DNA from: the human T2T-CHM13v2.0 reference genome, Homo sapiens
DNA: 64,000 nucleotides
Assembly: GCF_009914755.1 (NCBI RefSeq)
Contig: NC_060930.1
Direction: 5' to 3' (one strand)
In this document: positions 54,818 through 64,000 of the stretch, piece after piece
Position numbering within the stretch: position 1 is the first letter of the stretch
Layout of the letters: each line of letters opens with the position of its first letter
Position numbers and translations under genes: made by a program
The notes under the pieces: generated by a model
The model's database searches: none
What the model saw: only the letters and a program-made list of their open reading frames with translations
Told to the model about the DNA's origin: nothing

Positions 54818-57031
54818 CTGCAAAACAAATGCCAAAATTAAAGATTAAAGCTTCTAGTAATATTAGTCAAACTGCTTATTAATAGATACAGAGGAAGAAC
54901 TGTAAACTCCTGACTCCAGAGGCAAATTAAATGAGTGCAGTCAAGCTTACCTTTAAAATTATAAGTAAACAAAATAATCTATATTTATAAAACCTTCTGT
55001 ATAAAATATCATAGAGAAAGATACTGCAAGAAATAGCCTATTTCTAATAATAAATATATATATATACACACACCAGATAAACCAATAATCTCTAAATCAG
55101 ATAATTAACAGCCGAATTTTGTAAGGAACTAATATACTTTATGAGCAAAGGATTACAGATAGGACAGAAATATAAAATATGATCTTTACCTTCTAAGAAT
55201 TCACAAGCTAGTTGAGGAAACAACATACAAAATGACATATAAAATAACAGAACAGAATTTAAGACAGTATAACAAATTGAGTCACACTGGCTATAACAAC
55301 TATAAAAATCACAATATTTAATCATTTGAGAGGGCCTCATGGATGGAATGAACTTGAGAAGATAATAAAAAAGAGGTATATGATGAAAGCAGTAAGAAGC
55401 ATTCCAGTAAGGAGAAAAACTTAAAAAGGTACAATACAGATGGACCTAATTATGGAATTTTACAGCTAGAAAGGTCCCTAGAGATTATCTAGATTGCTCT
55501 AATGCTCTCTTTCAGCAATGAGAAAACTGAGGACTAGACAGGTTTAACAACACAAAGTCAAACAGAGAGTAAATTAACAGGACCTAAAATATTGACTTCG
55601 TGATTCATTTATACACATTTATTGAGCATGTCAGGATTACTGTAGGTGCTAAAAATCAGGCTGATTAAAACCCAATCTTCTCCCCTCAAAAAATTCTGAT
55701 GGGGAAGATTTAAAAATATACTTAAGCAATGATAAAACAATGTATAAAGTACTATGGATGCACAGAAGAAAAAATACAATATGGAAGATTGTATATACTG
55801 ATGGCTTCACTGAGGAAATGACATTAAAGCTGAGGAGACGTACAATTAGAAAGAATTTTGGTTGTACAAATACATGGACCTAAAAAAGATTTCAGTTATT
55901 TAAGTAAAGGCAGGCTGTTCTCTTCAATAAGCAAAGAATGCCTGAATTCAGGGTAAGGAAGAAACTTAAAGAGAAATAAAGTTTAAAAGAAACAATAGAG
56001 CCAGAGTACAAAATGCACTGAAAGCTAAAATGTTTAGCCCTAATGTGTGGGCAAACAAATTTACTAAAAGCCTAAGTACTTCATGTGTATTATCCCATTT
56101 AATCTTTGCAATACCCTGTGAAGAAAGCATATATTAACTATTATAGAGATTAAAAAACAAACTCAAAGAATATTATATAATTTGTCTGATTCACAAGTTA
56201 GATAAGTAGCAGAGAGATAACAAAAATCTGGTCTTTTTGATTTAGAGTACAGTGTTTTTTCCATGATCACACAGCTACCTTTATTTTTACTATTCCCCTT
56301 ATTCTGGAATATATTCCACTTCAAATGTCTTCTCACTCTTTTACAGTTGGCTCAAATGTCACCTTCTCTCTCCTCCTACAAAACTTCAATCATTATGATA
56401 AAGCATCACACACTGTTATTATTGTTTACATGTCAATCTTAACTGCTAGACTAGTCTCTTGGGGAACAGGACTGTGTTTCATTCATCTTTGTATCTCAGT
56501 GTCCACCAGAATACTTGGAAATAGTCGTTTATGAAAAATTAATTAGAAAATTAACGACTGAAACAGAAACTCAAAGGGTATTTTTTTAGTATACGATAAT
56601 GAAAAGCAGAGGTTTTTAGGTTCTTTATTGCTTTAAATTACTGATAACTTTTCTTAGAGATATAAGTACTGAATTACAAACTGATATAAGCCTTGTAGTA
56701 AGCCTGCATGATAGGTATTACTACTCTCATTTCCATATTATGAAACTGAGGTACAGAAAGACTCAGAAAGAGCTGTATAATGTTATACTGAATCTCAAAT
56801 ATGTTTCCTAAGACTACAATTCCATAACTTTTTCCACTCATGATGTTTCAACGGATAATTTCATTAATTACAAATTTATCCAATGTGGAGTCTGTCAAAA
56901 TTTCTTCTTAAAATGAACCAAATTTGTCAAATAAAATAGAGCTATGATTAAACAAATATCAAAAACATTCTAAACTTTCAAATAATAAATATAGCATTAT
57001 TGAGTTTTCAACATTAGCAACATAGAAGTAG

Positions 57032-57469
<438 letters not shown>

Positions 57470-57609
57470 TTAAAGGAACTAAATTATTCTTTGCTCAGTT
57501 GGCCTTAAAAAAATTGTACTGGCTTAATTAGAAAGATTTTTATATCAGATTGGAGCTGATATAATCACAGAATAATTTTTTTCTCACAAGTAGTTTTTTT
57601 CACTAATTA

Positions 57610-57920
<311 letters not shown>

Positions 57921-58570
57921 AGAAACACAAGCTTACATTTTCTTTCCAGAATTACATAAGGGGACATTTCAGTGAAAGGAAAATGAGAAATAAAAGCACA
58001 TGAAATAAAAAAGAATACCTAAGTAACAATAAACAAATAAAAATTGTACAAATTGCTCACTTTTAGATGTTAACACCCTCAAACAACATTGTCATTCTTG
58101 CCCTAACCTTGGAAAAAAATCACATTTTCTAGAACTAAAACAAGAATGTATAATTTGTGGAATTTCCTGAGATGAGTCCCCCACCCCTGGCACCCTAACT
58201 CCCCAAAGGACCATAAGCATTCCTATCTTCTTAACTCCCACGATTTCCTCTGTTTATACTGCCCCATCTTCTCTTATTTCTTCTTTTAAAAATCCCATCC
58301 TGTATTCAAAAGCTTATGACAATGAAAGGAATCAAGAATTAAGTGATCTCTTTTTTTCTAATGTTTTTCACATGCTTATAAATATAATAATAAAATATTT
58401 GGAAATGAATATAAAAAGTGCTTATGAACTGACCCAGCTCAAGCCCTTCTTCTGCAATGAAGTCTTCCTGACAACACCAGCCCATGCTCAGTTTTTCTTC
58501 TCAGAACCACTCATTTGGTACTTCATCATATTGTAATCTCTTTAATACTTCCATATTGTATCGTAATTTC

Positions 58571-59225
<655 letters not shown>

Positions 59226-59894
59226 TTGTATCGTAATTTCATTCTTATTCTGTCATTTAACTTCCATGTATGTATATTAATATTTATCAACTAGATTTCA
59301 GACACATTAAAGGCTGCACCTATACATTCTACTTTTATATATACCCAACACAGGCCAGTACCAGGTAGCCCATAATTTGCAAATTAATGAATATTTTAGT
59401 TTGTCTGTAATGTTTAATATTTCCTTTTTAAAAAAGCATACTTATTATGTTTTCTATGATGGAAAAAAACCCTGAAACTCAAAGCTATCTGTCTTCTTTC
59501 TCAGAATCACTAGCAGTGATAGCCAAAGCTATTTAAAACATTAACTCCCATACCAAAAATACTGAAGCTATGGATATATCATACTGTCATAAACTCCATT
59601 GAGTCAAACTTCCAAAGCAGTATAACAGGGCACACTTATAATTAAGAGCCCTGATGTTATAGCACACTCTAGTGATCAACTATGAAACCACAGATCCATA
59701 TTTTAAGTTCCATGACAAATCGTTATATATCTAAAGACTTTTTTTTAAGTTTCAATGAATATTAATATTTAAAATATAAAAATACAAAACTTATCTTAAT
59801 TTTCATACCTTTAAATTGATATATCTAAGACATGCAATATAACTCACTACATTAGAAACAAATGTTACTTGAAACAGGGTTACAATTTCAATTA

Positions 59895-61370
59895 ATTTAC
59901 TCATTCATTCACCAGACTCACTGAGCACCCAATACATGCCAGAAGCTATTATGAACACTGGTAGTAAAATGATGAGCAAAGACAAACATCCTCCTTGCTC
60001 TCATTGAACATATAATTAAACATACAAACATGAAAATACTTAGAGTAGACAAATATTAAAGAATCACACTAATAAATATGGAACGTACAATAAAAAAGAA
60101 GTACTATGAGAACAAACAACAGCAAACTGCCCCAGTAAGTCAGACTTCTCCAAAGAATATAACTGAATAGATATTGAAAGAAGAGTCAGAGTCGTCAGTC
60201 TGTCAAAGAGTAAGGAGGTGGAAAGAAGGAAAGTGCATTTGAGAACTAAGAGAAGGCCAAGATGACTAGAATACAGAGATCAGGTTACAAAATCAAGTTA
60301 AAGACAGTTGGCAGGAGCCAGACTATGTAGGCCTTGAAGGCCATGTTAAGAATGCTATAGCTTTTCTCTTAAAAGCAGTAAACTCCAAATTTTAAAAAAG
60401 AACATACTGGCTTAATATATTTGGAGTAAAGAAAGGCAAGACCAGTCAGGAGGGTAACTCTGGTGGCCCAGGTGAAGTATCACACCAGACTGACTCAGAG
60501 GTGATAGCACTGGAGATAAAATTTAGTATATGGATTTGAGAAATATTTAAGAGATAAAAGTGGAATGCTCTAACAGTAGACTGAATATTTGTGAAGAAAA
60601 TGGAAGTGCCAAAGACACAAATTCTTCCTATTTACTGAGGAAGAAGATTCCGAAAAAACAGGCTGTTCTATGTTTTGTCTATATTTTTGTTTGATTTTGG
60701 TTTTATGAGATGGGTATGAGGAAAACATTAAGTTTAGTTTTGGACATGAAGTTTGTGGTCTTTCTGAACATCCAGATAGAATGGTAGGGTCAATAAGAGA
60801 TAATTAAGTCTAAAGTTCAGATGATAGATATGGGCAAGAGATATAAATTTTGAGACTTTAGTACATGTCTGACGACTGAACATATGCTCATTAAATGGAT
60901 AGTGTAGAAAGAATATAAAGTGAAATAAGACGACGACCAGTAATTGAACTTCAAGTATGATGAGTCACATAAAAAGTGGATGGTGTTGGCAATACAAAGG
61001 TCACTGTTGAACTTAGCCTGTACTGGTACTGTTTCAGTTTAGTAATGGGGCTGGGAGATAGAATCAATTACGGACTGATTGGGAGGTGACAACTCTTTTG
61101 AGAAATCTGGCTGTGAAGTGGATGGAGAATTGGTAATGATAGGACAACTGATAGAAGAAAGTGTGCCCAGACCACATGAGAGACCTGAGCACATTCAAAA
61201 CCAGAGGGGAAGAATCTAGTTAAAAGGAAAATGTTGAATCTTACACAAGAAAGGAAAGGGGTAATTAATAGTTTTCAGGCTTCTGAAATGGGAAGCATTA
61301 AGATAAAAGCACAGGTATTGGCCTAAGATAGGAGAGATAACTCTTCTATGACAAAACAAGAAAGGAGGAT
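59895..61370 (-). mobile_element. L2 relic
   Basis: tcattcattca..actgagcacc..tacatgccag start; taagtttagttttggacatgaagtttg. Confidence 0.7.
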
Positions 61371-61378
61371 AGTTCTAT

Positions 61379-61453
61379 ATAGGCAGGGGCTAATTTGTTC
61401 ACCATAGGCAGGGGCTAATTTGTTCACCATAGGCAGGGGCTAATTTGTTCACC
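61379..61453. repeat. Perfect 25-bp minisatellite x3 (ATAGGCAGGGGCTAATTTGTTCACC)
   Basis: Seen directly; no mismatches. Confidence 0.97.
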
Positions 61454-61634
61454 ACTGCAACTCTAGTACTTAGCATAATGTTTGACACAAAGCTCATAAT
61501 CAATAAATGTTTGATAGACAATTTTAAGACTATGTACCTAGTTTTATATTTATAAGCCTATCATAATTATAATTGTAATTTATAAATATGCAAAAAGGCT
61601 TAATCTGCTTCATATGTTAGTATTCCATTTAAGG

Positions 61635-61952
61635 TTTTTTTCTTTTGTTTTGTTTTGTTTTTTGAGACGGGGTCTCCCTCTGTCACTCAGGCTGGAGTGC
61701 AGTGGCACAATCATGGCTAACTGCAGCCTTTACCTCCCAGGCTCAAGCAATCCTCCCACCCAGCCTCCTGAATAGCTGGGACTACGTGCACATGCCACCA
61801 AGCCGAGCTAATTTATTTTTCTTGCTATTTTTTGTAGAGACAGGGTTTCATCATGTTGCCAGGCTGGTCTTGAACCCCTGGACTCAAGTGATCTGCCCAC
61901 CTCGGCCTCCCAAAGTGCTAGGATTACAGGCATTAAGCCACTGAACTCAGCC
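61635..61952 (-). mobile_element. AluJ
   Basis: Reverse-complement Alu with J-type positions. Confidence 0.9.
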
Positions 61953-62507
61953 TAAGATTTTAATTTTAAAATAGTATTTTAATGCTAGAAGTATTAGACA
62001 AGTTAGGGAGATGACTTCAGATATTTTTTGCTCTTTGATTTTCTGTATTGCAAGAAAACGGCTCAAGAACTTTCCTCCTAAATCTAAGTATCTGTAAAAA
62101 AGAAGACAGTCACAATAGTAACAATAAAAATATGCCTAAACATTTAATCTAAATCAGGAGTTTCCAAACATTGTTGTCAGAAGACTTTGATAGTTCCTCA
62201 GGACAGGTAAAGTGACATTAAACTAGTATAGCTCCCAGTCTCTGTTCCTTGCTTCAGTCAGAAAAGTTTATATTATCTGTTTGATGCACTTGAATTGGAC
62301 ATAACATATCTTACTTATTTTGTTTTGTTTTGTCTGAGACCAGGTCTCACTCTGTCACCCATGCTGGAGTGCAGTGGTTTGATCACAGCTCACTGAAAAT
62401 ACTGCTTTTAAATTATAGATAGATTTTGATGTTTCATGTAGGCATTTAAAATATGAAACTTTTTTTTAAATACATTGGACTTTCTAAAGCAGTATCAAAA
62501 ATAGCTA

Positions 62508-62646
62508 GGCCAGGTGTGGCGGCTCATGCCTGTAATCCTAGAACTTTGGGAGGCTGAGGTAGAAGAACTGCTTGAGGCCAGGGGTTTGAGACCAGCCTGG
62601 GCAACATAATGAGACCCCCATCTCTACTTTCATGAAAATTAAAATT
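62508..62646 (+). mobile_element. FLAM-C / Alu left monomer
   Basis: Monomer with TSD AAAAATAGCTAG. Confidence 0.85.
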
Positions 62647-62659
62647 AAAAAATAGCTAG

Positions 62660-63110
62660 AGAAAAAATTGCAAATACCTAAAGGTCCATCAACAGATGCA
62701 CAGATAAACACATTGATGTGGTATACCCATACAATGAAATACTATTCAGTAGTGAAACAGAATCAATGGATACCCATAACAGCATGAATAAATCTCAAAA
62801 TAATTATTCTGAGTAAAAGAAGACAGATTTTACAATGGGTACATACTGCACGACCCTGCTGATATAAAACTCTAAAATGTACAAGCTAATCTTTATTGGT
62901 AGATTAGTAGCTGCTTGGGAGGGGGAAACAGAAGGAAGAGAGGAAGGGATTACAAAGGGACATGACAAAACATCTGAAAATGATGCTTATGTTCACTATT
63001 TTGAATGTTGTGTTGGTGTCATAGGTGTATATATACGCTGAAACTACAGAATGTATACTTTAAATATACGCAATTGATTTTAAGTCAATTATATCTCCGT
63101 AACCGTTTCA
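62660..63110 (+). mobile_element. Old L1M (MC/ME-like) 3' end
   Basis: gtccatcaacagatg, catacaatgaaatactattcag and catgaataaatctcaaaataatt signatures. Confidence 0.75.
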
Positions 63111-63278
63111 ATTTTTTTTAAGTGGGGAAGGAATTTAAACATGCTAATTTTAATTCTGAATGTAAAAGAGTGTACAAAAAATCTGCCTCATAAAGTTTTA
63201 AGGATTATTTCAGAACATAAAACCACCACAGAATATTTTAAGGTAGAAAATGTATTAGTTTTAAGTTTGTTTTATTAC

Positions 63279-63428
63279 CTGACAATTTTTGGTGCCTGAG
63301 AATTTTCAATTCCTTTAAAAGAAACTTTTTTGACATGATCGCCTGAACTATGGCTAGTAACAGACTTTTTTTCTTCTAGTAAGAAATCCCGGAATGACTT
63401 GGATGAAACTGAATGCAGAGAAGATGCC
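63279..63428 (-). CDS. IBTK: IBTK coding exon, 4th from last (150 nt): ASSLHSVSSKSFRDFLLEEKKSVTSHSSGDHVKKVSFKGIENSQAPKIV(R)
   Basis: On the minus strand: acceptor ttttgcAG (AG at 63430-63429) and donor GTaata (63278-63277). Open frame, phase 2-2, and joins in frame to the next exon. Peptide recognised as the IBTK C-terminal region. Confidence 0.95.
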
Positions 63429-64000
63429 CTGCAAAAGAAAGCAAAGATCATGTTAAAACATCCATTTTGTAAAAGGGCATTGCTGGAAGTTATAAGAGAA
63501 CAATAAGAACGTATACCAAAAATTTTACAATATACAATTGCAGTTTTCAATGTGATGTTGGATTCTTGCTGCCAATTGTGAAATATCCAAAACTATTCCA
63601 TAAGAAAAACCAATCAATGAAGACCAAGTCTAGAGATAACTCAGATGTTAAAATTAGCAATATTAAAATAGCTATTACAATTATGCATCAGATAACAACA
63701 ACAAAAGCTCATTAAAAATAGGTAAGTTCGGCAAAAGAAAAGAAACTATTAAAAAAAGAGCAAAATGAAAATTCAAGAATTTTTAATATATTTTTAAAAA
63801 TTCACTGTATAGATGGAAGAGTCGGTAAACTTGAAGATAAACCAAAAGAAATTTTTGAATCTGAAAAACAAAAAAGAGAAGTTGAAGAAAATTATTCCAT
63901 AGTGAGTTATAAGATAAAATCAAAAGGTCTGCCATATGTGTTAACTGAAGTCCCAGAAATAAAGAAGAGAGATACGGCAGAGAAAAAGAAACAATGGCCA

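Noticed and set aside
61379-61453. Direct repeats as a CRISPR-like array
   Set aside because: Head-to-tail with no spacers, in a eukaryotic intron, with no cas genes.

Overview
Primate genomic DNA, very likely human (it carries an AluYg6-type element), rich in repeats. The only protein-coding gene I can support is the 3' end of IBTK (inhibitor of Bruton tyrosine kinase, a CUL3 adaptor; human 6q14.1 from memory) on the minus strand. It has four in-phase GT-AG coding exons (63279-63428, 54746-54817, 53776-53908, 52821-52952), then a ~1.2-1.45 kb 3'UTR with tandem poly(A) signals. The remaining ~51 kb lies downstream of IBTK. It holds a 5'-truncated L1PA5-like element (-), a four-layer L1MA/L1PB/L1PA6/AluYg6 nest (+), about 25 Alus, a THE1D solo LTR, MLT1, Tigger, MER53, L2 and MIR relics, and a repeat-poor 24.2-28.8 kb block that looks like an enhancer. 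Almost all ORF-track entries are L1/Alu translations or noise. I find no new gene system. The most unusual signal is a cluster of fossil template-switch (copy-paste) insertions. The main one (44600-45306) is an AluY split after 12 nt by a ~335-bp inverted copy of sequence 1.4 kb away, followed by 26 bp of flank copied from another AluY 31 kb away. Also notable are an inverted (twin-primed) L1 with a 3' transduction, a 130-bp tandem duplication over an IBTK branch-point region, and a repeated helical motif in the IBTK C-terminus. Repeat subfamily names come from my recall of consensus sequences, and boundaries of old repeats are approximate.
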